Source: Bacteroidia bacterium (GTDB lineage Bacteria; Bacteroidota; Bacteroidia; NS11-12g; UBA9320). From it: 64,000 nt of DNA. This document shows, piece after piece, positions 19,974-30,524 of the stretch; position 1 is the first letter of the stretch, and the number at the start of each line of letters is the position of its first letter. Under the pieces are notes generated by a model, which worked only from the letters and a program-made list of their open reading frames with translations, ran no database searches and was not told where the DNA came from. Location of the stretch: the NCBI GenBank assembly GCA_965216465.1, contig CBDCFW010000006.1, forward strand, positions 480,001 through 544,000. Direction: 5' to 3'. The position numbers and the translations under genes are program-made.

Positions 19974-19996
19974 TTATTTGGAATAATTCAAGATAA
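19974..19996. promoter_or_regulatory. Imperfect palindrome, putative iron-repressor box for feoAB
   Basis: TTATTTGGAA-TAA-TTCAAGATAA (8 of 10 arm positions complementary) just upstream of the feoA start. Confidence 0.5.
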
Positions 19997-20004
19997 GAAC
20001 AAAT

Positions 20005-21981
20005 TTACCAGTCTAAGAGCTCTCTGGCTTTTTCTCTTAATCGTTGTTGACCCAAAAAGCTTTTCTCAAGCTCTGCATTAAACGGTATAGGAGTTTCGAG
20101 ACTTCCAACACGCATTACGGGTGCATCTAAAAGTTCAAAGCAATGTTCGCCTATCCACGCAGCAATTTCACCACCTATTCCTCCTTGCAACGTGTCTTCA
20201 TGAACAACAATTACCTTGCCGGTGCTTTCAACAGCCTCTCGAACAGCATCTTTATCCCATGGACTTAAACTCCTTAAATCCAACAAGGTAGCATCAAGAT
20301 TCATTTCATCAATAACTTCTTTACACCAATGTACTGACCATCCGTAACTAATGAAAGTTATGTCCTCACCGGTTCTTATTCGATTTGCTTTCCCAATTGG
20401 AATAGTGTACTCACCAGAAGGAACTTCTTCTTTTATACTTCGATACAAATTTTTGTGTTCGAAGAACATGACCGGATTAGGGTCTGCAAATGCTGAAAGC
20501 AACAAGCCTTTAGCATCTGTAGGTGTGCTTGGGTATACAATTTTCACCCCAGGAATATGGAAAAACCACGCTTCATTGCTTTGACTGTGAAATGGACCAG
20601 CTGCTGCACCTCCTCCAGTAGGCATACGAATCACAACATCACTGTTTTGTCCCCAGCGATAATGTGTTTTGGCTAGATTATTTGCAATCTGATTAAAACC
20701 ACAGCTTACAAAATCAGCAAATTGCATCTCAACCATCGATTTCTTTCCTCCAATAGATAGTCCAAGAGCTGCACCCAAAGGAGCTGCTTCAGAAATGGGT
20801 GTATTTCGCACTCTTTCCTTTCCGAACTCATCTACAAATCCATCTGTAATCTTAAAAACACCACCATATTCGGCAATATCTTGGCCCATTAAGATCAGGT
20901 TGTCATACTTTCTCATCGCCAGTTTTAGTCCGTCTTGAATGGCATCAATAAATCGCATTTCTGACGTTTCGCTTCCAGCACTTATGTCGTTGATTTCGTA
21001 CGACTTATATACATCTACCGATTCCATTTCAGGAGTTGAATCAATAGTCAATTCCTCTCCTAAAATTTTAACCCCCTCGCTAATTTCGGCGGTGATTTCA
21101 TCTCGAATATCATTCATCTCCGATTGATCTATCAATTGACCATCTAGCAGAAATTTCTCAAAATTTGAAATAGGATCTTTCTTAGCCCACTCATCCATAA
21201 GTTCTTGAGGAACATATTTCGTTCCGCTTGCCTCCTCATGTCCTCTCGTTCTAAAAGTTTTGCATTCTAGAATAAAGGGTTTGGGGCGTTTCCTCATTTG
21301 ATTAGCAATCTTTTTAACCTCTGAGTAAACTTCTAAAACATTGTTACCGTCTATAGTTTTACTTTCAACACCGTACCCAACGCCTTTGTCTGCTAGATGC
21401 TTAGCTTTAAACTGATCAGCGCTTGGAGTAGAAAGACCATATCCGTTGTTTTCTATGATAAACAGAACTGGCAAATCCCAAACAGCGGCCAAATTAACTG
21501 CTTCATGAAATTCTCCTTCGCTGGTGCCGCCATCTCCCGAAAATGCCACAGTGATTTTAGCCTCTTCATCTAGCTTATTGGCCAATGCAACTCCGTCTGC
21601 AACACTGAGCATGGCTCCGAGGTGTGAAATCATTCCTGCAATATGATATTCTTTTGTTCCGAAATGAAATGAGCGATCTCTACCATTCGTAAATCCTTCT
21701 TTATTCCCCTGCCATTGATGCAATAATTTCTTAAATGGAATGCCACGGGTTGTGAATACACCTAGATTTCGGTGTAATGGCATAATGTATTCGTCAGGCT
21801 TCAACGCCAAAGTTGATCCAACAGCAATAGCTTCTTGGCCAATACCACTAAACCACTTGCTCACTTGTCCTTGCCGAAGAAGCTTGAGCATCTTCTCTTC
21901 AATCATTCTTGGCTTAACTAAAGCCTTGTATATTTCAGCGAGCTTGTTTGCTGTGTACTGATTATACGGATCAAAATTCAT
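20005..21981 (-). CDS. 2-oxoacid (likely branched-chain) dehydrogenase E1, fused alpha/beta
   Basis: TPP motif GDGGTSEG..ENN; NTPISEA, EMQFADF and HSQS beta-subunit motifs. Confidence 0.9.
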   Translation of the reverse strand: MNFDPYNQYTANKLAEIYKALVKPRMIEEKMLKLLRQGQVSKWFSGIGQEAIAVGSTLALKPDEYIMPLHRNLGVFTTRGIPFKKLLHQWQGNKEGFTNGRDRSFHFGTKEYHIAGMISHLGAMLSVADGVALANKLDEEAKITVAFSGDGGTSEGEFHEAVNLAAVWDLPVLFIIENNGYGLSTPSADQFKAKHLADKGVGYGVESKTIDGNNVLEVYSEVKKIANQMRKRPKPFILECKTFRTRGHEEASGTKYVPQELMDEWAKKDPISNFEKFLLDGQLIDQSEMNDIRDEITAEISEGVKILGEELTIDSTPEMESVDVYKSYEINDISAGSETSEMRFIDAIQDGLKLAMRKYDNLILMGQDIAEYGGVFKITDGFVDEFGKERVRNTPISEAAPLGAALGLSIGGKKSMVEMQFADFVSCGFNQIANNLAKTHYRWGQNSDVVIRMPTGGGAAAGPFHSQSNEAWFFHIPGVKIVYPSTPTDAKGLLLSAFADPNPVMFFEHKNLYRSIKEEVPSGEYTIPIGKANRIRTGEDITFISYGWSVHWCKEVIDEMNLDATLLDLRSLSPWDKDAVREAVESTGKVIVVHEDTLQGGIGGEIAAWIGEHCFELLDAPVMRVGSLETPIPFNAELEKSFLGQQRLREKARELLDW

Positions 21982-22045
21982 ATCCCTTACGAAATAAATA
22001 TAATTATTGATAGTCTTCAGCTATTCACTCACCTATTTTTGTTCC

Positions 22046-22642
22046 GTGATATTGCTGTTAGACAATTACGATTCATTTACCTACAATTTGTACGATTATT
22101 TTGTGCAATGCGGAGCTGATGTCGATGTTGTTCGAAACGATGAAATTGATGTAGATGCAATAGGTCACAAATACGATGCAATTATTATCTCTCCGGGCCC
22201 CGGGAATCCAAATGACGCAGGTAAAACGCTTGAGATTATTGATCGGTATCACCAATCGCTACCGTTTTTTGGTGTCTGCCTTGGAATGCAAGCTATTGCC
22301 CAATATTTTGGCGGCGAGGTAATCAAAGCTGAATATCCGATGCACGGCAAGGTGTCTTCCATCGATTTTGAGGCGTCACATCCATTATTTAACGATATAA
22401 GCTCCCCCCTCAATGTTTGCAGATACCATTCGTTAGTAGTTAAATCGTTGAATTCTACACCTTTAACATGCTTAGCTCAAACAAAAGACAAGGAAATCAT
22501 GGCACTTGCTCACAATGAACTTCCGATTTGGGCGGTGCAATTTCACCCTGAAGCTATTTTGACACCCCAAGGACTCAAGTTGATTGAAAATTGGTTATCT
22601 TGCTTTAATTTGCAACGAACTACACTTATCACGAAAAAATAA
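22046..22642 (+). CDS. Anthranilate/aminodeoxychorismate synthase component II
   Basis: LLDNYDSFTYNL, ISPGPG, GVCLGMQ, RYHSL and QFHPE; GTG start at 22046. TrpG versus PabA cannot be resolved. Confidence 0.9.
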   Translation: MILLLDNYDSFTYNLYDYFVQCGADVDVVRNDEIDVDAIGHKYDAIIISPGPGNPNDAGKTLEIIDRYHQSLPFFGVCLGMQAIAQYFGGEVIKAEYPMHGKVSSIDFEASHPLFNDISSPLNVCRYHSLVVKSLNSTPLTCLAQTKDKEIMALAHNELPIWAVQFHPEAILTPQGLKLIENWLSCFNLQRTTLITKK

Positions 22643-23292
22643 TGATTGCAGCAGACTACATACAAGAGATACCGCAACTAACATCGGAAAGTGCACCCAA
22701 AGAGTGCATCGAAATCATGTACGACAATATGTGCTTCGAACTTCCTGTGTTTAGAGATGGTCAATTGATAGGAACGGTAGAACTTGACGAGTGCATTCAC
22801 ACCGAAGACTTAACAATCGAACATTTAATAGTCGATCGAATTTCTAGTGTTTATACCAACACGCATTTATTTGATGTTCTTCATATTTTTAATGAAACCA
22901 AAGCAAATACTGCAGCGGTTCTGGATGAAACGAGAACCTTTCACGGCATTCTAACTAAAACTGACGTATTAGAAGCATTTGCCCATTCTTTATCGGTTGA
23001 TCAAGATGGTGCAATTGTGGTATTAGAAATGGCTTCTCATCAATATTCAAGCAGTGAAATAACTCGAATAATTGAGGGTGAAGGTTCTCAAGTTTTAGGT
23101 CTATGGCTACACAATATTCCTGAGAGTGGTCGAATTCGTGCGAGCATTAAGCTAAATATTAAAAATGCAGAACGCATAATAGGAAGTTTACGAAGATTCA
23201 ACTACGAAGTAATTGCTTCGTTTGGAGATGAAGATCACAAAGAAAATGTAGAACGTCGTTTTCAATCATTAATGAAATATCTTGACATTTAG
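22642..23292 (+). CDS. CBS domain protein
   Basis: CBS pair and C-terminal LMKYLDI, typical of the gene found near nadK in Bacteroidota. Confidence 0.8.
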   Translation: MIAADYIQEIPQLTSESAPKECIEIMYDNMCFELPVFRDGQLIGTVELDECIHTEDLTIEHLIVDRISSVYTNTHLFDVLHIFNETKANTAAVLDETRTFHGILTKTDVLEAFAHSLSVDQDGAIVVLEMASHQYSSSEITRIIEGEGSQVLGLWLHNIPESGRIRASIKLNIKNAERIIGSLRRFNYEVIASFGDEDHKENVERRFQSLMKYLDI

Positions 23293-24664
23293 GCTCGGAA
23301 TAACACTTACACTTCTTATAATTCTTCAAACAGCTAACGCTCAAGTTGTAGATATCCATTCTGTTGAAATTAACGGAAATAAAGCGACAAAGCCTGCTGT
23401 AATTCTTAGAGAGTTACTTATTAAGCCAAGTCACCAATACGACAAGAACGATCTTGAGTATTTAACCGACCAAAGCAAAAACCGATTGCTAAATCTCAAT
23501 CTATTTAATGCGGTCGATGTGCACATAAAACACTCTGATTCAACGATTTTAGTTGTTGACGTGGTTGAGAAATGGTATATATGGCCGATTCCCTTTATTG
23601 AATTTAGTGATCGAAATTTTAATGTCTGGAGCGATTTAGACTTTGACCCAAACCGGACCAATTTTGGGTTATATCTCTTTACTTACAATCTCTGGGGGAT
23701 GAATCATACGCTTAAAACATCTTTTGTACAAGGCTACAATGAAACATACGGAATAGAATATAGAATTCCATTTATATTCCCAGATAAGAACTGGGGGTTG
23801 GCCCTCGATGTTCATCATAGGTCTCAGGCTGAAATGTGGCTAAGAACGGAAGACGATAAACTGCAGTTCTATCACATTGAAGACAATGAAAATAACACGG
23901 CATTAATTAACCAAACCAATGCTTACTTGTTGATATCCAACCGGTTTAGAGATTTTGACCACTTGAACTTTGGACTAAAATATCAAAACACCTCTTTGGA
24001 TACCGCAATCTTATCTGAGGATTCAGATTACCTTTTAGGCCTTCAAGATCTTTCCGTCTTTTCAGCATCTGTAGGTCTAACCCATGATAAAAGAAATAAT
24101 AAGTTCTTTCCTACTCAAGGAGTATACTTGGCCCCAGAAATCACATTACAACAATTTGCTTTTGACAAGGCAACATACAATGGCAAGCTGAGCATCCATG
24201 CTCAACATTTTGGAGAGCTAAAAAAAGATTGGTTTAGTTCTTTTTCGATACTAGCAGAATACAATACATCCGACACTTTGCCATACGAGTACACCAGACG
24301 TTTGGGATATAGTAACAGCATGAGAGGATTTGAAAAAAGAGTTATCGATGGAAACAGTACTAGGCTTGCACAAGCTTCAATTAGAAGAAGAATTGTGAAC
24401 AAGCCGAATTTGCCCCTAAAGTTTATTCCCTTTAAAAACTATAATTTTTTACCACTGAATGTATACCTTGGAGCCTTTGCAGAAGGCGGTTACATCGGAA
24501 ATCGCAATGTTAAAGTATCCAATGAGCTTCCTAACACCTTTCTTTATTCAGGAGGTATCAGCTTACAAACCTTGTTTTATAACGATCGTGTGTTAAGATT
24601 AGAATATAGTTTGAACAGTTTAAAAGAGAGTGGTTTCTTTGTACACTTTAAGAAGGCCATATGA
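23282..24664 (+). CDS. POTRA/BamA-TamA-family outer membrane protein
   Basis: INGNKATK..VILREL POTRA domain, VVEKWYIWPIP, C-terminal barrel. Confidence 0.8.
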   Translation: MTFRLGITLTLLIILQTANAQVVDIHSVEINGNKATKPAVILRELLIKPSHQYDKNDLEYLTDQSKNRLLNLNLFNAVDVHIKHSDSTILVVDVVEKWYIWPIPFIEFSDRNFNVWSDLDFDPNRTNFGLYLFTYNLWGMNHTLKTSFVQGYNETYGIEYRIPFIFPDKNWGLALDVHHRSQAEMWLRTEDDKLQFYHIEDNENNTALINQTNAYLLISNRFRDFDHLNFGLKYQNTSLDTAILSEDSDYLLGLQDLSVFSASVGLTHDKRNNKFFPTQGVYLAPEITLQQFAFDKATYNGKLSIHAQHFGELKKDWFSSFSILAEYNTSDTLPYEYTRRLGYSNSMRGFEKRVIDGNSTRLAQASIRRRIVNKPNLPLKFIPFKNYNFLPLNVYLGAFAEGGYIGNRNVKVSNELPNTFLYSGGISLQTLFYNDRVLRLEYSLNSLKESGFFVHFKKAI

Positions 24665-25542
24665 AGCTAGCTATTTACGGTAGACCCATCAAGACTAAAG
24701 ATTTCAAAGTATACTTTGACTCTGTAATGCGTTGCTTTGAACGCAACGATATTGCTTTCGAAGCCGTTGCAAGCTATCAGTCATTCTTAAAAGAAGAGTA
24801 CAATATTGATTGCCCGATCTGTGACCCAGCAAGTCTAAATCCAGACAACTATGCCTGCTTAATTAGCTTTGGAGGTGATGGAACTATACTAGACACTCTT
24901 GCACTTGTAAAAGATTCTGGATTACCTGTTATGGGAATCAACCTAGGTCGACTTGGTTTCTTGGCTAACATCAAGATGGATGAGTTTGAAATTGCGATTA
25001 AGGCGTTGAAATCCAACGACTTTGATATAGATTCTAGGGCAGTTCTGGAAGTTCAGTCAGATCATGAAGCTTTGCAAGATTTCCCCTATGCATTAAACGA
25101 TTTTGTTGTTCAAAAAAGAGACACCTCTGCTATGATCACCGTAAAAGCTGATCTCAATGGAGATTTCTTGAACAACTATTGGGCAGATGGATTAATAGTA
25201 GCAACTCCAACCGGATCATCAGGGTATAGCATGAGTTGTGGAGGCCCGTTAGTGTTTCCAGGTTCACAAGCATTTGTAATCACTCCAATCGCTGCTCACA
25301 ATCTGACGGTTCGTCCTGCGGTTGTGCCAGACGAAAACACTTTGAATCTACAAATATCAGGTAGAGGTAAACATGTTTTAATTTCACTTGATTCAAGATC
25401 CTTCCGAGTTCCAAACAACACTAAAATAAGTATTCAAAGAGGTCGATTTGAGTTTAAAATGATTAAACTGAAAGATACGACCTACATGGATACTATACGC
25501 AACAAACTACTGTGGGGTGCCGATAGAAGAGACAACAGCTAG
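24661..25542 (+). CDS. nadK: NAD kinase
   Basis: GGDGT, GRLGFL, ALND and ADGLIVATPTGS. Confidence 0.95.
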   Translation: MKLAIYGRPIKTKDFKVYFDSVMRCFERNDIAFEAVASYQSFLKEEYNIDCPICDPASLNPDNYACLISFGGDGTILDTLALVKDSGLPVMGINLGRLGFLANIKMDEFEIAIKALKSNDFDIDSRAVLEVQSDHEALQDFPYALNDFVVQKRDTSAMITVKADLNGDFLNNYWADGLIVATPTGSSGYSMSCGGPLVFPGSQAFVITPIAAHNLTVRPAVVPDENTLNLQISGRGKHVLISLDSRSFRVPNNTKISIQRGRFEFKMIKLKDTTYMDTIRNKLLWGADRRDNS

Positions 25543-25644
25543 AATCTTTTGTAAAAATTAGCGGTATATACACCATTTTATCCACTTCTTTTTTTTCAAT
25601 CAATTATTATTAATATTTTCGATTGAACCTCAACTAATCATTAT

Positions 25645-28600
25645 ATGACCACTACCCCATTACAGAAGACCCTACAGGGTGCTTCTTTCTACCGAAGAAT
25701 TTTAAATTTTGTTTTACTTGTTTTACTTGCATCAGGTTTTACTAATGCACAAACAACCCTTTTAAGTACCGGTTCTAGCTGGAGTTATTTAGATAATAAC
25801 ACCCGACCATCAAACTGGGAAACATCTGGATTTAACGATGCCTCGTGGAGCACTGGCAACCTTCCAGCTGGTTATGGCACCATAACAGGAGCATCAATTG
25901 CAACAACCATAAGTTATGGACCAAGTTCAACTTCCAAGTACATCACTACCTATTTCAGAAAATCATTCAACAACACCGGAACATTTAGCAGCTTAGATCT
26001 TAGCTTATTATGTGATGATGGTGTGGTGATTTATTTAAACGGAACAGAAGTTTTGCGATATAATATGCCAAGCGGAACGCCAGGGCAAAATACACTCGCA
26101 TCAAGCACGGTGAGCAGCAGTGATGAAGGTGACTACACTACATACAATGTGAGCAGTGCAGCTTTAGTGTCTGGTACAAATGTTATTGCGGTAGAATTGC
26201 ACCAGGCAACTGTAGGAAGCTCAGACCTCGGGTTTGACTTGGGCATTACCGGAAATGTTTCTTCCGGATCTAATACGTTGATTTCATCAGGAGAAAACTG
26301 GAAATACCTCGACAACAATACTCGTCCTACAAATTGGGAGACAAGCTCTTTTAATGATGGTTCTTGGTCGAGTGGAGACCTTACTGCTGGATACGGCACT
26401 ATTACAGGAGGAACTGTGACTACTACAGTTAGTTATGGACCAAGCTCAACTTCTAAATACATCACAACCTACTTTAGAAAGACCTTTAACAATACCGGAA
26501 CGTATACCAGTCTTGACTTAGACCTGTTATGCGACGATGGTGCAGTTGTTTACCTAAACGGTACTGAGGTGATGCGGTACAACATGCCTACAGGCACGGT
26601 TGGCCACAGTACCTTAGCAAACAGTGCGGTCGGAGGCAGCGATGAAGGAGACTTTACAACATATAGCATTAGCAGCTCGGCTTTAGTCTCTGGCACCAAT
26701 GTGCTTGCCGTAGAGATTCATCAGGCAACGGTTTCAAGCACAGATCTTGGATTCGACCTTGAGTTAACAGGCGTCACCTCTGGAGGAGGCGGAGGAGGAA
26801 ATATGCTTTTAAATGCCGGTGCATCTTGGAACTACCTTGACAACAACACAAGACCAACTAATTGGGAAACGACCTCATTTAATGATGGATCTTGGAGTTC
26901 AGGAAACACTCCTGCTGGCTATGGAACCATTGACGGAGCATCGCTAGCTACAACAGTAAGCTATGGTCCTAGCAGTTCTTCAAAGTATACAACTACATAT
27001 TTCAGAACGACATTCAATGCAACTACCACAACTTATGCTGGCGGACTAGATTTTGATCTATTGCATGATGATGGAGTAGTCATCTACCTCAATGGAACAG
27101 AAGTAGTTCGAACCAATATGCCGAGTGGCACCATTGGGCACAATACCTACGCATCAAGTGCTATTGGAGGCACAGCTGAAGGGGATTACACTACGTACAA
27201 TGTGAGCAGTTCGCTATTAAACGTGGGAACCAACACGGTGGCTGTTGAAGTTCACCAAGCCAATGCATCAAGTTCAGATCTTGGTTTTGATTTATCTATT
27301 GAAGGACAGACGACCTTAAACCTAAGCTTAAGAAATGGTCCCTATTTACAAGTTGCGACTCCAACTTCTATCAATGTAAGATGGAGAACAGCTCAAAGTA
27401 CAGATGCTAAAGTGTTCTACGGCACCTCACAAGGAAGTTTAACAAGTTCAGCAACCGATGCCTCATTTGGCACTGAACATGAGGTTTCGCTTTCTGGATT
27501 AAGTCCCGACACGAAGTACTTTTATGCAATAGGAACTACAAATGATGATACGATTCAATCAGGTCCTACTAATTATTTTATTACTCCTCCTACGGTAGGA
27601 ACAGAAAAAGAAACTAGAATTTGGGTTCTTGGAGATTGCGGAATTGCCTTAAATTCTCAAGAGCAATCCAAGAATCAATATTATGCGTACGATGGGAAAT
27701 ACACGGACGCTGTTTTATTGCTAGGCGACAATGCCTATAGCAATGGAACGGATAGTGAGTATGAGACCAAGTTCTTTGAGTATTATGACGACAAGATTTT
27801 AAGACAAAGTCCTTTATGGCCTTCACCAGGAAACCACGACTATGCACAAAGCTCTGCGCGTCAAGATGATAAGAACGTTCCTTACTATGATTTGTTTACG
27901 CTTCCGACCAACGGTGAAGCTGGTGGTGTTGCGTCAGGAACAGAAGCCTTCTATTCCTTTGACCTTGCAAATATTCACTTCCTTTCTTTAGACTCTTATG
28001 GTGAAGAAAGCGACAAAAGAATGTCTGACACTACAGGTGCCCAGGCACAATGGGTTAAACAAGATTTAGCAGCAACCAACCAAACCTGGAAGATTGCTTA
28101 TTGGCACCACCCTCCATACACAATGGGGTCTCACAACTCTGATAATGAAGGAGAATTGGTTGACATCAGAAATGAATTTATTCGAATGATTGAGCAATAT
28201 GATGTTGACTTAATTTTAACTGGCCATAGCCATAACTATGAAAGAACTAAACTGATGCACGGTCACTATGGGTCAGAGTCAACGTACTCTTCAAGCAGCC
28301 ATGATGTTAGTACATCAAGCGGTGAGTATGACGGATCTGCAAACAGCTGCCCATATACTAAAGATAGTGACAATCCTGTAGGGACTGTTTACGTAGTTTC
28401 TGGTTCTGCAGGAAGAGCTACACATACACAAGGTGCTTGGCCGCATGATGCCATGTACACAGCTTACAACATCGCTGGAACATTTGTAATTGATGTTGAA
28501 GGCGGTAGACTAAGTGCTAAATTCTTAGGATATGATGGTGTAGTTCGTGATAGCTTCACCATGTTTAAAGACGTGAATCAAAAGAGCGAATACGACGTTG

Positions 28601-30471
28601 ATGCTGGCGACAGCATTGACTTAACTTCTTCTTGGATAGGCGATTACTCTTGGAATTCTTCTTCTGAAACAACACAAACAATTCGAGTTGATTCTGACTC
28701 TGCAACATATATCGTCACTGACAGTAAAGGATGCCTTGCTGATACTTTCATCGTGAGTACTACAGGTACAGGTGGAGGTCCAACGTGCTCAGATGGAATC
28801 CAAAATGGAAATGAAACAGGCGTTGATTGTGGTGGTCCTGATTGCTCACCATGTCCTACTTGCAACGATGGCATACAAAACGGTAACGAGACAGGTGTTG
28901 ACTGTGGTGGCCCTGACTGCCCTGCTTGCCCTACTTGTTCAGACGGAATCCAGAATGGAAATGAAACTGGAGTAGATTGTGGTGGCCCTGATTGTTCTCC
29001 TTGTCCGACCTGTAACGATGGAGTACAAAACGGTAACGAAACAGGTGTTGACTGTGGAGGGCCTGACTGTCCTGCATGTCCTACCTGTTCAGACGGAATT
29101 CAAAATGGTAGTGAGACAGGTGTTGATTGCGGCGGGCCAGATTGTGCCCCATGTATAACTTGTAACGATGGCATACAAAACGGAAACGAGACAGGTGTTG
29201 ACTGCGGTGGACCGGATTGCCCTGCATGTCCAACTTGCTCAGATGGAATCCAGAATGGAAATGAAACAGGAGTTGATTGTGGTGGACCTGATTGTGCACC
29301 ATGTGTGACGTGTAACGACGGCATCCAAAACGGAAACGAAACGGGAGTTGACTGCGGTGGCCCTGACTGCCCAGCTTGTCCTACTTGTTCAGACGGAATC
29401 CAAAATGGAAATGAAACAGGAGTTGATTGTGGTGGACCGGATTGTTCTCCATGTCCAACGTGCAACGATGGAATTCAAAACGGTAACGAAACAGGTGTTG
29501 ACTGCGGAGGTCCTGATTGTCCTGCCTGCCCTACGTGTTCTGATGGAATTCAAAATGGCAATGAAACTGGAGTGGATTGCGGTGGACCGGATTGTGCGGC
29601 GTGTCCTACTTGCTCTGATGGTGTTCAAAACGGAAATGAAACAGGTGTTGACTGCGGTGGTCCTGACTGTAGCCCATGTGCCTCTGGATGTACTCATACC
29701 TTAATCGACTTCGAAGACTTTGAGTCAGGATGGGGAATCTGGAACGATGGAGGTTCAGATGCAAGACGAAGCAGCAATGACGACAATTATGCAATTGGAA
29801 CCTATTGTATTAGAATAAGGGATAATACCTCGACTTCAGTTATGACTACCGATAATCTGAATTTAAGCAGCTACGACGATGTAGAAGTTAAATTCACTTA
29901 CTACCCTAGAAGCATGGACAATTCAAATGAAGACTTCTGGCTGCAGGTATCAACGGACGGAGGAAGTACCTACACTACAGTTGAGGAATGGAACAGAGGC
30001 GATGAGTTTGAAAATAATATTCGTGAATACGATAGTGTTACCATCAATGGACCATTTACAACAAACACAAGATTTAGATTTAGATGTGATGCTTCAGGAA
30101 ACAACGACCATATTTACATTGATGAGGTAGAAATTGAAGGATGCCAAAACTCAAGTTCATTTGTTGAGCACAATCCTCCTGCTCCATTGCATAACTCTAA
30201 TCTAAGTGGTTATGACAACCAGCTTAATTCAATCAAGTTCTATCCTAACCCATTTGGCGACTTGTTATCGATGGAATTTGAGAATACTTTAGACAGAGAT
30301 TATCACTATACGGTGTATGATGTTCAAGGTAAACAAGTTTTAACCGGTGATTTGATTTCCGGAAACAAAAACTTCAAACTTGACATGAAAGATCTACCAA
30401 TAGGTGTGTATCTGATACGAGTGAACAACGGATCTGATTGGTCGAAAGCCAGTCGAATCATAAAACGATAA
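25645..30471 (+). CDS. T9SS-secreted purple acid phosphatase-like metallophosphoesterase with 3 jelly-roll domains and 12 Cys-rich repeats
   Basis: PAP motifs GDCG, GDNAY, GNHD, HHPPY and GHSH; signal peptide; FYPNPF type-A CTD. Confidence 0.88.
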   Translation: MTTTPLQKTLQGASFYRRILNFVLLVLLASGFTNAQTTLLSTGSSWSYLDNNTRPSNWETSGFNDASWSTGNLPAGYGTITGASIATTISYGPSSTSKYITTYFRKSFNNTGTFSSLDLSLLCDDGVVIYLNGTEVLRYNMPSGTPGQNTLASSTVSSSDEGDYTTYNVSSAALVSGTNVIAVELHQATVGSSDLGFDLGITGNVSSGSNTLISSGENWKYLDNNTRPTNWETSSFNDGSWSSGDLTAGYGTITGGTVTTTVSYGPSSTSKYITTYFRKTFNNTGTYTSLDLDLLCDDGAVVYLNGTEVMRYNMPTGTVGHSTLANSAVGGSDEGDFTTYSISSSALVSGTNVLAVEIHQATVSSTDLGFDLELTGVTSGGGGGGNMLLNAGASWNYLDNNTRPTNWETTSFNDGSWSSGNTPAGYGTIDGASLATTVSYGPSSSSKYTTTYFRTTFNATTTTYAGGLDFDLLHDDGVVIYLNGTEVVRTNMPSGTIGHNTYASSAIGGTAEGDYTTYNVSSSLLNVGTNTVAVEVHQANASSSDLGFDLSIEGQTTLNLSLRNGPYLQVATPTSINVRWRTAQSTDAKVFYGTSQGSLTSSATDASFGTEHEVSLSGLSPDTKYFYAIGTTNDDTIQSGPTNYFITPPTVGTEKETRIWVLGDCGIALNSQEQSKNQYYAYDGKYTDAVLLLGDNAYSNGTDSEYETKFFEYYDDKILRQSPLWPSPGNHDYAQSSARQDDKNVPYYDLFTLPTNGEAGGVASGTEAFYSFDLANIHFLSLDSYGEESDKRMSDTTGAQAQWVKQDLAATNQTWKIAYWHHPPYTMGSHNSDNEGELVDIRNEFIRMIEQYDVDLILTGHSHNYERTKLMHGHYGSESTYSSSSHDVSTSSGEYDGSANSCPYTKDSDNPVGTVYVVSGSAGRATHTQGAWPHDAMYTAYNIAGTFVIDVEGGRLSAKFLGYDGVVRDSFTMFKDVNQKSEYDVDAGDSIDLTSSWIGDYSWNSSSETTQTIRVDSDSATYIVTDSKGCLADTFIVSTTGTGGGPTCSDGIQNGNETGVDCGGPDCSPCPTCNDGIQNGNETGVDCGGPDCPACPTCSDGIQNGNETGVDCGGPDCSPCPTCNDGVQNGNETGVDCGGPDCPACPTCSDGIQNGSETGVDCGGPDCAPCITCNDGIQNGNETGVDCGGPDCPACPTCSDGIQNGNETGVDCGGPDCAPCVTCNDGIQNGNETGVDCGGPDCPACPTCSDGIQNGNETGVDCGGPDCSPCPTCNDGIQNGNETGVDCGGPDCPACPTCSDGIQNGNETGVDCGGPDCAACPTCSDGVQNGNETGVDCGGPDCSPCASGCTHTLIDFEDFESGWGIWNDGGSDARRSSNDDNYAIGTYCIRIRDNTSTSVMTTDNLNLSSYDDVEVKFTYYPRSMDNSNEDFWLQVSTDGGSTYTTVEEWNRGDEFENNIREYDSVTINGPFTTNTRFRFRCDASGNNDHIYIDEVEIEGCQNSSSFVEHNPPAPLHNSNLSGYDNQLNSIKFYPNPFGDLLSMEFENTLDRDYHYTVYDVQGKQVLTGDLISGNKNFKLDMKDLPIGVYLIRVNNGSDWSKASRIIKR
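28786..29685 (+). repeat. 12 x 75-bp coding tandem repeat
   Basis: C(S/N)DGIQNGNETGVDCGGPDCxxCxT repeated 12 times; counted in the translation and checked against the DNA ends. Confidence 0.95.
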
Positions 30472-30474
30472 ACT

Positions 30475-30505
30475 AAAAAAGGCCGGTAGAACACCGGCCT
30501 TTTTT
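30475..30505. terminator. Bidirectional terminator
   Basis: A6-ggccggt-agaac-accggcc-T6 between convergent genes. Confidence 0.88.
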
Positions 30506-30524
30506 ATTTCTTATTGATCTTAAT

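Noticed and set aside
28644-29794. Alternative-frame and antisense ORFs in the Cys-repeat region
   Set aside because: Shadows of the 75-bp coding repeat; variation falls on third positions of the main frame.
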